Positions 44,811 to 54,966 are shown, counted from the first letter of the stretch. The stretch is DNA of 64,000 nucleotides from Minisyncoccota bacterium (GCA_041663045.1 JBAZRH010000001.1:340403-404402); one strand, 5' to 3'. Translations and numbers: made by a program. The notes: a model not told the origin generated them from the letters alone.

Positions 44811-46352
44811 TTAATTAACAGAGGTAGTGTCGATTTGTTTTTTCTTTAATATTTTTACTACCCCATGATTAGCTAATACTTCTATAGTATCACCAGTTTT
44901 TATTATTCTTGTCGCATATTTAGCCCCAACTATGCATGGAATCTTTAATTCTCTACAAATTATAGCGGCGTGGCACGTAATTCCTCCTTCATCGGTTACA
45001 ATAGCAACAGCTTTATTCATTGCGGGGACGAAATCAGGTGTTGTCATACCAGTCACTAAAATTTGTCCGGCTTCAATCTTCAAAGCATCTTGTGAAGTCC
45101 TTGCCACAAAAGCATGCCCAGTAACCTTTCCAGGAGATGCTCCAAGTCCCTGCAAATCGCCCGTTGTTTGATCCATCGAGCCCATTATTTCTTCATATTT
45201 CTTTTTTGCATCCCCGCCACTAAGTTTAAGCCCTTTACCATTTTGGTAAATATAAATAAAATTCGATGATCTATTCTTCAATTCATTCCTATCAAACTTT
45301 TTCCCATTTAGAATATCAGACACTTCACTCGCTTCACACCATCCAAGAAGTTCTTCCTCTATGTTTATTTTTTTAGAAATCTCACTGAACACTTGATAAC
45401 TCCAATAATTCCCTTTCATCTGCACTTCTTTTCTTATGTCATGGTATTTGACTAATTTATTTGAGAGTTCTAGAAACTTTAATAGTTTCTTGTCTTTTTT
45501 TAGAAACGGGTATTCTTTGTTGATTTGATTTTTCTGATAAGAGGTTTTTTCTACATATTCATCCATCTTTTTCAGTTCAGTATTTGGATCTAATTTAATT
45601 TTTCTGAACCCATCATAAATCTTAATGATATCCTTGTCATCTCTACCTTTTGATTTTTTCCAACCAAGTTCTGCCCACCAGAACCTCTTCACTATTTCCC
45701 CAATACGCTTGTTAAATTTATCTGATTTTTCTGTGATTTTCTTTTCATCAACATCCTCCATAAGCTCAAGAATTAATCTTTTCTCGTCGTTTAAATAGGA
45801 AAGATATCCTGATATTGTCAAAATATTATATACTCTCAAAAATTCTTTCTCGCTATACGCTTTATTTAATTTGTCTTTTAGGGGTTTTTTAATTCTTTCT
45901 GTTACTTCAACCATCAAAAATTCATCGGTTCCATCAATTGTCATTGTTAAACTATACCAATCAAAAAGCATTTTTGAGTATTTCTCATAGACCTTCGCAA
46001 CACTTGAATTATTAATTATTCTAATTTCTGCAGAATTGTTCTTTTTAATAAAATCAAGAATTTCTTTTGTTTTCTTATCCAAAACTTTAAAGAATCTATT
46101 TTCAAAACTTTTGGAACTCAATAATTTATTGGCTACTATCTTTCCTTCTTTATACAAATCTTTCTTTTCATAATACCAATACAAAGTATCGCCACTAAAA
46201 TAAATGACTAGATAGTTAATTCCCCTGGAAAAATATTTTTTGACCCCGGTTACAAAAGCCCGAGAAGGTTCGGCACACTGAACAAATGTCGCTCCCCCTC
46301 TTATGTATTCTACTAGTTCAAAATCCTTCATATTTCCAATTGATTTTATCAT
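44811..46352 (-). CDS. PEP-utilizing-enzyme mobile (phosphohistidine swivel) domain protein, unknown N-terminal region
   Basis: 513 aa; C-terminal VTDEGGITCHAAIICRELKIPCIVG matches the PPDK/PEP-synthase His-domain; paralog at 55116..56612. Confidence 0.65.
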   Translation of the reverse strand: MIKSIGNMKDFELVEYIRGGATFVQCAEPSRAFVTGVKKYFSRGINYLVIYFSGDTLYWYYEKKDLYKEGKIVANKLLSSKSFENRFFKVLDKKTKEILDFIKKNNSAEIRIINNSSVAKVYEKYSKMLFDWYSLTMTIDGTDEFLMVEVTERIKKPLKDKLNKAYSEKEFLRVYNILTISGYLSYLNDEKRLILELMEDVDEKKITEKSDKFNKRIGEIVKRFWWAELGWKKSKGRDDKDIIKIYDGFRKIKLDPNTELKKMDEYVEKTSYQKNQINKEYPFLKKDKKLLKFLELSNKLVKYHDIRKEVQMKGNYWSYQVFSEISKKINIEEELLGWCEASEVSDILNGKKFDRNELKNRSSNFIYIYQNGKGLKLSGGDAKKKYEEIMGSMDQTTGDLQGLGASPGKVTGHAFVARTSQDALKIEAGQILVTGMTTPDFVPAMNKAVAIVTDEGGITCHAAIICRELKIPCIVGAKYATRIIKTGDTIEVLANHGVVKILKKKQIDTTSVN

Positions 46353-46411
46353 AGGAGCAAACTAAATAAAAGATTTGCCTTTTTTATCGATTCTGCTATA
46401 ATGTCCCAGTA

Positions 46412-46648
46412 ATGACAGCTTTGATTTCAGCTTTACCTTATATACAAATCATCTTGGCGATATTAATCATCGCCCTTGTTTTGATGCAAAGATCAGAAGC
46501 TGGTGTCGGTGGCTCTTTCGGAGGTGGAGATAATTGGAATTCTGCACATCACACAAGAAGAGGTTTTGAAAAATTCTTGTTCAATGCAACAATAATCGTT
46601 GGTATTCTTTTTGCTATAGCCTCTCTTTCAGCGTTATTCCTCAGATAA
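46412..46648 (+). CDS. secG: preprotein translocase subunit SecG
   Basis: 78 aa; two TM helices with Gly-rich loop (LMQRSEAGVGGSFGGG). Confidence 0.75.
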   Translation: MTALISALPYIQIILAILIIALVLMQRSEAGVGGSFGGGDNWNSAHHTRRGFEKFLFNATIIVGILFAIASLSALFLR

Positions 46649-46736
46649 TCACGCACCATAAAAGAAGGTTTGTCTTCTCTCCTTCGTTTTGATATAATTT
46701 GGAAAATATTTGATACTAGTTATTTAATTCAGTTAA

Positions 46737-48491
46737 GTGAAAGAAAAAATAAAAAAAATCCTAAATAAAAAATGGGCTCTCCCAGGAGACAGTGTTGTTT
46801 CTAAAACGCTTCAGTCTTTTAGTATAGCTGAAAAGGTTTTCTTTTTTACATTGGTCACTATTTTTATAACATCTAGCCTCATAATACTCAAACAAGCTAA
46901 CGATGGTCTCACGATAGACGTTCCAGCAAATGGAGGATACTTAAAAGAAGGTATTGTAGGATCTCCGAGATTTGTAAATCCAGTACTTGCTGTATCAGAC
47001 GTAGATAAAGATCTCACAACCTTGGTATATTCTGGTCTTTTGAAAGCAGATCCAAATGATGGGCTAAGAACAGACCTTGCAAAAGGATATGAAGTTTCTA
47101 GCGATGGACTCGAGTACACATTTACTTTAAGAGATGACGTATATTTCCAAGATGGTATAAAAGTCACGGCTGATGATGTAGAGTTTACTATAAAGACAAT
47201 CCAGGACAGCTTGATAAAGAGTCCTAAGAGGCCAAATTTTTACGATATAAAGATAGAAAAGATTGCTGACAATCAGATAAAATTCACTCTCAAGAAACCA
47301 TACTCTCCTTTCTTAGAGAATCTTACTGTAGGTATCTTACCAAAACATCTTTGGGGTAACTTAGATGCTGATCAGTTCCCCCTTAGCCAATACAATGTAG
47401 AACCAGTAGGTTCTGGGCCATACAAGGTAAGTAAAATGCAGACATTGCAAAAAAATATGTTACTCGTGCCGACATATTATGAGTTTACACCTTTTAAGAA
47501 TTATGCTTTGGGTAAGCCTTTTATAGATAAACTCATAATAAATTTCTATAGAGATGAAAAATCTCTTATAGACGCATACAACAACGGCGATGTGGAAGCG
47601 ATAAATTCTGTTTCCCCTGACAAGATGACAAATATTAAAAGACAGACCAATGCAAATGTAGAGATTTCACCTCTCCCAAGAGTTTTTGCTGTCTTTTTCA
47701 ATCAAAATCAGTCGGAAGTGTTGTCAAATAAAGAGGTCCGTCAGGCTCTAAATATAACAGTAGACAGACAAAAGATTGTAGATGAGGTTTTAAATGGTTA
47801 TGGGCAAGCCCTCTTTGGTCCAATACCTAAGGGTCTTATAGACGGAGGTAATCAACCCGCAATCGGTGTGGATTTTGATACTGCTTCAAGTACGCTGGCT
47901 AAAGCAGGCTGGAAGAAAAATACCGAGACTGGGATTTTAGAGAAAAAGATAGATAAAAAGAAGACTCTCCAGCTTATAATTTCTATATCTACGCTTAATT
48001 CTCCAGATTTAGTGAAAGCATCAGAAATAATAAAAGAAGGCTGGGAAAAACTTGGAGCCAAAGTAGATATAAAACAATTTGAACTCGGTGATCTCCAGCA
48101 AAATATTATAAGGCCAAGAAAATTTGAAGCATTACTTTATGGTGAAGCGGTAGGTAGAGATATGGATTTCTTCGCTTTTTGGCATTCTTCTCAAAGAAAT
48201 GATCCTGGTATCAATGTAGCAATGTACACAAATAGCAAAGTAGACAGTCTTCTTGAAGAAGCTAGAAAAACTCTCGACCCAGAAGTACGAAACAAAGACT
48301 ATAAAACTTTCGAAGTAGAGATCTCGAAAGATATACCAGCGATATTTTTGTACTCCCCTGAATTTATATATATAGCCCCAGGAAAAGTAAAAGACAATTC
48401 GCTCGGACTTGTCACCTTGCCTTTTGAGAGATTTTTAAATATCAATAGTTGGTATATAGAAACAAATAAAATCTGGAAAATATTTGAGTAA
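46737..48491 (+). CDS. extracellular solute-binding protein, family 5 (peptide/nickel ABC-type substrate-binding protein), membrane anchored
   Basis: 584 aa; N-terminal TM anchor then SBP_bac_5-like architecture (GPYK...W motif region). Confidence 0.65.
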   Translation: MKEKIKKILNKKWALPGDSVVSKTLQSFSIAEKVFFFTLVTIFITSSLIILKQANDGLTIDVPANGGYLKEGIVGSPRFVNPVLAVSDVDKDLTTLVYSGLLKADPNDGLRTDLAKGYEVSSDGLEYTFTLRDDVYFQDGIKVTADDVEFTIKTIQDSLIKSPKRPNFYDIKIEKIADNQIKFTLKKPYSPFLENLTVGILPKHLWGNLDADQFPLSQYNVEPVGSGPYKVSKMQTLQKNMLLVPTYYEFTPFKNYALGKPFIDKLIINFYRDEKSLIDAYNNGDVEAINSVSPDKMTNIKRQTNANVEISPLPRVFAVFFNQNQSEVLSNKEVRQALNITVDRQKIVDEVLNGYGQALFGPIPKGLIDGGNQPAIGVDFDTASSTLAKAGWKKNTETGILEKKIDKKKTLQLIISISTLNSPDLVKASEIIKEGWEKLGAKVDIKQFELGDLQQNIIRPRKFEALLYGEAVGRDMDFFAFWHSSQRNDPGINVAMYTNSKVDSLLEEARKTLDPEVRNKDYKTFEVEISKDIPAIFLYSPEFIYIAPGKVKDNSLGLVTLPFERFLNINSWYIETNKIWKIFE

Positions 48492-48563
48492 AAAGACGAA
48501 AAATCTTCCCAAATTAAAGACTCCATTTTTATAAAATTATTATTTATTATTAGCTAATTTAAC

Positions 48564-50582
48564 ATGAACAAAGAAGAAAATAAAAACTATGTAAGAAAAT
48601 CCAGCACGCCTTTTGTGGCGGGGACTGGCTTTGTAGCTCGCACGAATATAAAACCGGCATCCACTCCCTATATAGCTGGAGGAGAAAGTCTAACTAAACC
48701 CACAGAGAAAAAAGGTGTGGTATTTGTCAGAAAACCCCATGTGACAAATGCTGGTCCTAGACACGCAAGTGTTAGTAATCATAATAAGCACTCACGAACT
48801 AGCAGAGGTGGGCATTCTTATGGTAGAAACAGAGATCAAAAGAAAAACGGGATAATGAGAAAGGTTACTTCAGACGGAAGCAAAAAGTTTGATCATGTCA
48901 TACCACCGCTCAAAGACGGAGATATAAGAATAGTCCCCCTTGGAGGCGTGGAAGAAATCGGCAAAAATATGACTGTTATAGAATACAAGGACGAAATAAT
49001 AGTAATAGACGCCGGAATTCAATTTAAAACAGAAGACACTCCTGGTATAGACTATATGTTGCCAAATACAAAATATCTCGAGGCCAGGAAAGGTAAAATA
49101 AAGGGCCTTGTGATTACTCACGGACATTTGGATCATATTGGAGGTATTCCTTATATTATAGAATCACTTGGAAATCCTCCTATATACACGAGAGAGTTCG
49201 GTGCTCTGCTTATCAAGAAGAGAATGGATGAATTTCCTCATCTGCCGGCGCTGAATATTAAAATAATAGACAAAAACACAGACTTCTTCCCTATTACAAA
49301 AGATCTTAGGATAAAATTCTTTGGTATTACTCATTCGATTCCAGATTCAACTGGTGTAATCATCGAGACTCCGTATGGAGATATTGTAAACACAGGAGAT
49401 GTAAGAGTAGACAATGAAAACGGAGTGGTAGCAGAAAAAGAATTTGAACAATATGCTTTCTTTAAAAACAGAAAAGTACTCTTGCTAACTATGGATTCGA
49501 CAGGTATAGAGAAACCCGGATGGACTATATCGGAAGATAAGGTTATAAAAAACATAGAAGAGATTGTTAAAAATGTTACAGGGAGAATTATTATCGCCAC
49601 TTTTGCTTCACAGGTAGAAAGAGTTATTGAATTTATAAATATGGCCGAGAGACACGGGAAGAAAGTTGTAATCGAAGGCCGTAGTATGAAAAACAATGTC
49701 GAGGTTATCAAATTCCTTAAACTCGCCGATACAAAACATATAATCAATGTAGAAGATATACAAAATTATCCGCCACATAAACTTATGTTCCTAGCGACAG
49801 GCGCTCAAGGTGAAGAGTTTGCAGCACTTATGAGAATGTCAAACAATACTCATAAATATATCAAGCTCAACAAAACCGATACCATAATATTATCTTCTTC
49901 TATAGTGCCCGGTAATGAAATGGCTGTTACCTCACTTAAGGACAATCTATTCAGACACGATTCAAAAATAATCACCTACTATGACACGGACGTACACGCC
50001 GGAGGACACGGCAAAAGAGCCGAGCTTGAGTGGATACACAAGCAAATCAAATATAAATTCTTCATGCCAGTACACGGACATCATTTCATGCTCAAAATGC
50101 ATGCCGAACTTTCTGCTTCTGTAGGGACGCCAAGAGAAAATATTGTGGTGCCTGACAATGGCAGTATTGTGGAAATCACCGATGGTGGGACAAAAATAAG
50201 GGTATTGAAGGAAAAGGCTCCTGCTGGGATTGTTATGGTAGATGGATTCTCCATTGGAGATGTTCAGGAGGTTGTCATTCGCGACAGGCAAATGCTTGCC
50301 CAAGATGGAATGTTTGTAATCATTGCAAGCGTAGACACAGCCACAGGAAAACTCCGTAAATCTCCAGATATTATCTCCAGAGGCTTCGTGTACTTGAGAG
50401 AATCACAAGATTTACTCAAGCACGCCAGATTCTTGATTAAAAAGACAGTTGAAGAAAATGCTCATGGTAATCCGATTAACTTTGATTATATTAAGGATCA
50501 GGTTACAGATAATATCAGCAGATATCTTTTCCAGCAGACAGCAAAAAAACCAATGGTAATACCAGTAATAATTGGGGTATAG
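48564..50582 (+). CDS. rnj: ribonuclease J (beta-CASP metallo-beta-lactamase) with basic N-terminal extension
   Basis: 672 aa; VITHGHLDHIGG (HxHxDH) motif, beta-CASP and C-terminal domains; about 115-aa Arg/Lys-rich N-terminal tail. Confidence 0.9.
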   Translation: MNKEENKNYVRKSSTPFVAGTGFVARTNIKPASTPYIAGGESLTKPTEKKGVVFVRKPHVTNAGPRHASVSNHNKHSRTSRGGHSYGRNRDQKKNGIMRKVTSDGSKKFDHVIPPLKDGDIRIVPLGGVEEIGKNMTVIEYKDEIIVIDAGIQFKTEDTPGIDYMLPNTKYLEARKGKIKGLVITHGHLDHIGGIPYIIESLGNPPIYTREFGALLIKKRMDEFPHLPALNIKIIDKNTDFFPITKDLRIKFFGITHSIPDSTGVIIETPYGDIVNTGDVRVDNENGVVAEKEFEQYAFFKNRKVLLLTMDSTGIEKPGWTISEDKVIKNIEEIVKNVTGRIIIATFASQVERVIEFINMAERHGKKVVIEGRSMKNNVEVIKFLKLADTKHIINVEDIQNYPPHKLMFLATGAQGEEFAALMRMSNNTHKYIKLNKTDTIILSSSIVPGNEMAVTSLKDNLFRHDSKIITYYDTDVHAGGHGKRAELEWIHKQIKYKFFMPVHGHHFMLKMHAELSASVGTPRENIVVPDNGSIVEITDGGTKIRVLKEKAPAGIVMVDGFSIGDVQEVVIRDRQMLAQDGMFVIIASVDTATGKLRKSPDIISRGFVYLRESQDLLKHARFLIKKTVEENAHGNPINFDYIKDQVTDNISRYLFQQTAKKPMVIPVIIGV

Positions 50583-50583
50583 A

Positions 50584-50642
50584 AAACCCACAAAACAAAA
50601 GGCAGGACGCCTACGGCGTCCTGCCTTTTGTTTTGTGGGTTT
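50584..50642. terminator. 28-bp perfect hairpin (AAACCCACAAAACAAAAGGCAGGACGCC-TAC-GGCGTCCTGCCTTTTGTTTTGTGGGTTT) between convergent rnj and MFS genes
   Basis: perfect palindrome with flanking A/T runs, bidirectional terminator geometry. Confidence 0.8.
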
Positions 50643-51823
50643 TATCTCGTATCCTCTATCGCCAAGCTATATTTGATACCTAAAAGCATTATCACCCCAA
50701 GAGCCACAAACATATAATTCATTCCAAAATAGCTCAAGAACCAAGTCGCAAGAAGCGGTCCAATAACATAAGCTATCGGTGATGTCATTCTAAAGACACT
50801 TATCAGATTTGTATTTTCTGTATTTATCTTCTTAAAGAAATAAGTTTCGGTCATTATCTCGATCACTGCAGCACCAACTCTTGTGATAAAAAGCATTACT
50901 CCCCAAAGTAAGAAACTTTTCGCTGACATAAAAGTCAAAACGCATGTAGAGATCGCCATTATCAAAAACCCGACACAGAGAAGCTCTTTTTCTCCAAGTT
51001 TTTTGTCGGCAAGCCAGCCAAGTGGCACTTGCACAAGAATAAACGGCACGAGCATTATGGTAAAAGCCACACCAATCTGTTGCCAACTGAAGCCAAGATA
51101 TTGATTCAAATATATCGGAGTATAAATAATCATCCAAGAATAAAATATATGTAAAAGTAGATTCGCCATCGTGATAGAGCGAATATTTTTATTGTCAGCA
51201 ATTTCTTTTACGGTATCCAGGAGTTTAAAATGTTTATATCTTGTATCCTTGAAATCTCGCAAGCTAAGCGTCGCCACTAGGACGACAATAGCCATTATAA
51301 AAGCAGAAATCAAAAACACTTTTTGAAAAGAATTCTCACCGGAAAGATATGCCGAGGCAAGCGGAGCGAATATCCACGCTATGTTTATAGAAGTAAGGTA
51401 AAAGCTTCTGATTCTTCCGGTCTCAACATTTCTGGAATAATGTTCCACGAAGACATCAAAACAATATCCGATCAGTATGGTCACAACATAAGCGATTAAG
51501 AAGGCGACAAGAAGGACAAGTGGATTATTGGCTAGTGCAAGCACCGCCAAAACAGCAGTATTGATGGCCGAAAGGCCTATAACGGTCCTATAATTACCAA
51601 GTCGCGACAATATCCATGGTATGGCGAAAAAGCCAATAATGGTCAAAATAGAGGCTATGGCATAGATTATACCGACCAGCTTTTCAGCTGTTATTTGGCT
51701 CAAAAAGCTTGAATTTACATATGACGGTAAGGCCGTTCTTAAAGCAAAAATAAAACCGACGATATATAAGACTAGGAGCGATGATCTTCTGAAATTGGGT
51801 ACTGCTTTTTGTATTACTGACAT
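50642..51823 (-). CDS. MFS transporter
   Basis: 393 aa, about 12 TM helices, typical MFS loop patterns. Confidence 0.7.
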   Translation of the reverse strand: MSVIQKAVPNFRRSSLLVLYIVGFIFALRTALPSYVNSSFLSQITAEKLVGIIYAIASILTIIGFFAIPWILSRLGNYRTVIGLSAINTAVLAVLALANNPLVLLVAFLIAYVVTILIGYCFDVFVEHYSRNVETGRIRSFYLTSINIAWIFAPLASAYLSGENSFQKVFLISAFIMAIVVLVATLSLRDFKDTRYKHFKLLDTVKEIADNKNIRSITMANLLLHIFYSWMIIYTPIYLNQYLGFSWQQIGVAFTIMLVPFILVQVPLGWLADKKLGEKELLCVGFLIMAISTCVLTFMSAKSFLLWGVMLFITRVGAAVIEIMTETYFFKKINTENTNLISVFRMTSPIAYVIGPLLATWFLSYFGMNYMFVALGVIMLLGIKYSLAIEDTR

Positions 51824-51826
51824 AGA

Positions 51827-52258
51827 TTATTTCAAAATAACTGGGATAAAGATGTTCTGATCTAGATCGGGGTTGTCTGAAGGATTGTCTTTTTTTAATA
51901 CAAGTAACACACGTTTTGTGTTTGTTGCCTTCTCATAAGAAATCTCGGCTGAGAAATTTATAAAATCTTCTGTCATCCAATTTTCAGAAGAAGTGGCTAT
52001 GCCGGAGGCGATCGTATTGCCATTTGAATCTACTAGATCTATTGGGAATGAACCCTCAAAAAACCATGTCCCCCTAGCCTTTCCAGAAATCTTTATCGGG
52101 CTTTTTACCTCTTGATTGTCCTTCGGCATTACAACTTGTATAGGCAATTCTGAATTTATACTTGGAGCTACTACTTCCCTTCTACCCCAATCAAAAATTA
52201 ATGCCATAAAAATTATGACTACGATTATCAGTATTAAAACTATAATTGATTTCTTCAT
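51827..52258 (-). CDS. Gmad2 immunoglobulin-like domain protein (membrane anchored)
   Basis: 143 aa; TM anchor then ISGKARGTWFFEGSFPIDL block typical of Gmad2. Confidence 0.55.
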   Translation of the reverse strand: MKKSIIVLILIIVVIIFMALIFDWGRREVVAPSINSELPIQVVMPKDNQEVKSPIKISGKARGTWFFEGSFPIDLVDSNGNTIASGIATSSENWMTEDFINFSAEISYEKATNTKRVLLVLKKDNPSDNPDLDQNIFIPVILK

Positions 52259-52276
52259 ACCTAATTTTTTGTGTTT

Positions 52277-52669
52277 TTAGTTCTTTACTTCCCTTATCCA
52301 AGTCGGATATCCTTGCACTCCTTTATCAAGACAAATATTTATATTGTCCGGACATTCTACATATTTTATATATTTGAAAGAATCGCCAAACAAAGCTTTT
52401 TGTGCAGTGCAATGCGAGCACCAAACTGCTCCGTACATCGTAAAACCCTTATCTGTCAGGCATTTAGCAAAAGAGTTTTTGTCGGCAGTCAGGGGGCAGC
52501 TAGAAATTTCAGCAAGTCTTTCAAGTGACATCTGCCCTTCAAAAAGATTATCTTTCGATACGGCCTGATTCCCGTTGCGTCCTCCTGCCAAGTTGAATAT
52601 TGCAAAAAGCGCTATCAGGATTATTACCACAATCGCAACCGCTATTATGATTTTATTTTCTTTATTCAT
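52277..52669 (-). CDS. membrane-anchored thioredoxin-like protein (WCSHC), similar to the Trx-like partner domain of bacterial VKOR
   Basis: 130 aa; TM anchor; FTMYGAVWCSHCTAQKALFG closely resembles the VKOR-associated Trx-like domain motif. Confidence 0.65.
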   Translation of the reverse strand: MNKENKIIIAVAIVVIILIALFAIFNLAGGRNGNQAVSKDNLFEGQMSLERLAEISSCPLTADKNSFAKCLTDKGFTMYGAVWCSHCTAQKALFGDSFKYIKYVECPDNINICLDKGVQGYPTWIREVKN

Positions 52670-52673
52670 ATTT

Positions 52674-53168
52674 TTATTCCTTACAACAATCTACAAGTTT
52701 GTTGACTATATCTTTCATTGTCCACGGCTTTTCTTCATTTGCCATATCTTTAATATCACAAACTTCCACAATTTTCAGACGCAAAGCAAAAAACATGGTG
52801 AACATTTTATGCGCTTGTTCAAATGTCTCTATGGCTTCTGCTTTTTTCCCGTCAGACTGGAGCTTTGTCCCGACTTCAAAAAGTCTCATACAAGTGGCGA
52901 GCAAATGCTTTGAAATACACCAGGTTTCGCCCTCTGTCTTGTCTATCATTTTACCGAGAAGTTTGGTGCGCATTCCGCGGATTTCATTGAGCATTTCAAA
53001 ATATTCCGGCTTGTCTGTTTTCGCTCCGGTGAAAAACATATGCTCTTCCAAGCTAATCAAGTTCATCACGGCAATAGCAAGATCTTCTTCAGTAGAGAGG
53101 TCAAAATTCCTCCCCTTTTTCATTTCTTCTATCTTCTTCAAAACTTCATTGTAATTTAATTCTTTCAT
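52674..53168 (-). CDS. hypothetical protein (contains WCISKH...C segment)
   Basis: 164 aa, no family recognised; located between the Trx-like gene and ccdA-like gene. Confidence 0.4.
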   Translation of the reverse strand: MKELNYNEVLKKIEEMKKGRNFDLSTEEDLAIAVMNLISLEEHMFFTGAKTDKPEYFEMLNEIRGMRTKLLGKMIDKTEGETWCISKHLLATCMRLFEVGTKLQSDGKKAEAIETFEQAHKMFTMFFALRLKIVEVCDIKDMANEEKPWTMKDIVNKLVDCCKE

Positions 53169-53180
53169 TTTATTTAGATT

Positions 53181-53295
53181 AGCTACCGCAAGTAATACTG
53201 TTTTCAGAGCACGGATATTTTTTTGCTAAAAAATTCCTCGTGCTCGCGCCAGTCGCGCTCCCAAGTCTCTGAAAACAGTATTACTTGCGGTAGCT
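53181..53295. repeat. 29-bp perfect inverted repeat (AGCTACCGCAAGTAATACTGTTTTCAGAG / CTCTGAAAACAGTATTACTTGCGGTAGCT) enclosing a 57-nt loop
   Basis: verified by reverse complement; lies between ccdA-like stop and the start of 52674..53168. Confidence 0.8.
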
Positions 53296-53306
53296 CACTG
53301 ACAAAG

Positions 53307-54089
53307 TTATTGTATCACAAAAATTAATAGACCCAAAAGTATCATTATTATAGCCACCCAAACTCTGGCTTGCTTGGTTTCTGCCCTTCTCACCTTATCC
53401 ATAGCCTCTAAAACCTGCCTATTTACAGCTATGAGAAGTGCTATAAGAAGTGGTAGTACAAACATTAAATTATAGAAGATAAGGTACCAAAAACCCCTTA
53501 AGACGTTGTTTTGATCGTGCAAAAGTCCGAGGACAAAAAGGTATGGTCCGCCTGTGCATGGGAATTCAAAAAGTCCGACGACGAATCCGAGTATGAGAGC
53601 TGTCGGTATTGTCGCTTTTTCTACAAGCGTTGCAATTCTTTTATATCCGATCTCTGGAATCTTCAGCTTGATTGGAAAATTCGGGAAGAATTCATTGATA
53701 AGGCCGATCGCTCCGAAAATAATTATTGCTAAAGCTCCGAGTTTTGCCATAATATTGGGAATGTTCAAAATACTCAAAACATGAAGTATGCCGAGACCGA
53801 TCAAAACATAAGTGGCGAAAATCCCAAAAATATATGCGAGCCCAGCTTCCACTATTTTTCTCCTGCTTCTGCCGAGACTAAAGAGAAAAGCGACTGTAAG
53901 GAAAAGTACTGAAAATGCGCAAGGATTCAAACTATCTACTATTGCAGAAATACCGACAAGTGCCGGCAAAAATCCATTATATGTTCTCAAGTCTGGTAAT
54001 CTGAAGTGGAAAAACCCCGAATATGCCAAAATCAAAATAACAATCGCGAGCACCAATATCCCCACCGCCCCCCATTTCCTCTTTTCCAT
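53307..54089 (-). CDS. ccdA: cytochrome c-type biogenesis / disulfide-reductant transporter CcdA (DsbD family)
   Basis: 260 aa; two conserved cysteine-containing TM motifs NPCAFSVL and FPCTGGPY. Confidence 0.8.
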   Translation of the reverse strand: MEKRKWGAVGILVLAIVILILAYSGFFHFRLPDLRTYNGFLPALVGISAIVDSLNPCAFSVLFLTVAFLFSLGRSRRKIVEAGLAYIFGIFATYVLIGLGILHVLSILNIPNIMAKLGALAIIIFGAIGLINEFFPNFPIKLKIPEIGYKRIATLVEKATIPTALILGFVVGLFEFPCTGGPYLFVLGLLHDQNNVLRGFWYLIFYNLMFVLPLLIALLIAVNRQVLEAMDKVRRAETKQARVWVAIIMILLGLLIFVIQ

Positions 54090-54125
54090 ATGGGGGATAT
54101 TATAGCATAAGAATTTAATAAGATT

Positions 54126-54893
54126 TTATTCAAAATCCAATAACAAAGCATTGTGATCGGACACTTCTTCCGGTAAAACCTTAAAATCTTCAACCTTTAT
54201 ATCTTTGCTTGTAAAAATGTAATCGGCATACTTTTCTGGCTTCGTATAAAGACTTGTCCTCGTAGATTTTATATTATTTTCTTTAATCAGATTTCTTAAA
54301 CCAATCTTCTCAAATTTGTTGAGACTTTCAGTTTCAGGTAAGAGGTTAAAATCCCCACACAAAACCACAGGACTAGAAGCCTTTTTAATAAAATCAACTA
54401 TTTTATCTGATTGTAAAAGTCTATCTTCACTATCGCCCTTTCCTTTGCCATTCCACAAACCGTGGAAATTTATTACTGTCCTTGACCCTTTCTCTGTATC
54501 GATTTTTATATACTGAATATTTCTAGCATGGTGGCCAACATCACCTTCTGGTATATGACCCTTTTCCTTATGTACAAAAACCTCACCTTCCTCGAGAACT
54601 TCTAGATCTTTCTTTATTAACATCAAAAGCCCATAGTGGTCCATAAGATGCGGACGAAAATACGCTGTATAATTTGGTAAAATCCTAGATATTTCCTGCT
54701 TACCATTAATCATTATTTTATCGTGTTCAAGATTCCTTCCACCGACAACTTGTCCATCCAACTTCTTGTATGGACCGGCCCAGATTTCTTGCAGACAAAA
54801 AATATCAACCTCGTTTCTATATTTTTCAAAAAATGATAATAATAAATCTTTGCCAGCCAAACCTCCCCACGTATTTAGAGAAACGATTTTCAT
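54126..54893 (-). CDS. endonuclease/exonuclease/phosphatase (EEP) family protein
   Basis: 255 aa; MKIVSLNTWGG...FCLQE N-terminal EEP signature and C-terminal SDH motif. Confidence 0.7.
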   Translation of the reverse strand: MKIVSLNTWGGLAGKDLLLSFFEKYRNEVDIFCLQEIWAGPYKKLDGQVVGGRNLEHDKIMINGKQEISRILPNYTAYFRPHLMDHYGLLMLIKKDLEVLEEGEVFVHKEKGHIPEGDVGHHARNIQYIKIDTEKGSRTVINFHGLWNGKGKGDSEDRLLQSDKIVDFIKKASSPVVLCGDFNLLPETESLNKFEKIGLRNLIKENNIKSTRTSLYTKPEKYADYIFTSKDIKVEDFKVLPEEVSDHNALLLDFE

Positions 54894-54895
54894 AG

Positions 54896-54966
54896 CTGCG
54901 GGGCTTGGACTCGAACCAAGATTCTATGCTCCAGAGGCATATGTCCTACCATTAGACGATCCCGCA
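54896..54966 (-). tRNA. tRNA-Gln (anticodon CTG) with U1-A72
   Basis: acceptor TGCGGGA/CCCCGCA (one mismatch at 7-66), D-arm TCGTCTAATGGTAGGAC, anticodon stem TATGC/GCATA with loop CTCTGGA, T-loop TTCGAGT. Confidence 0.75.
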
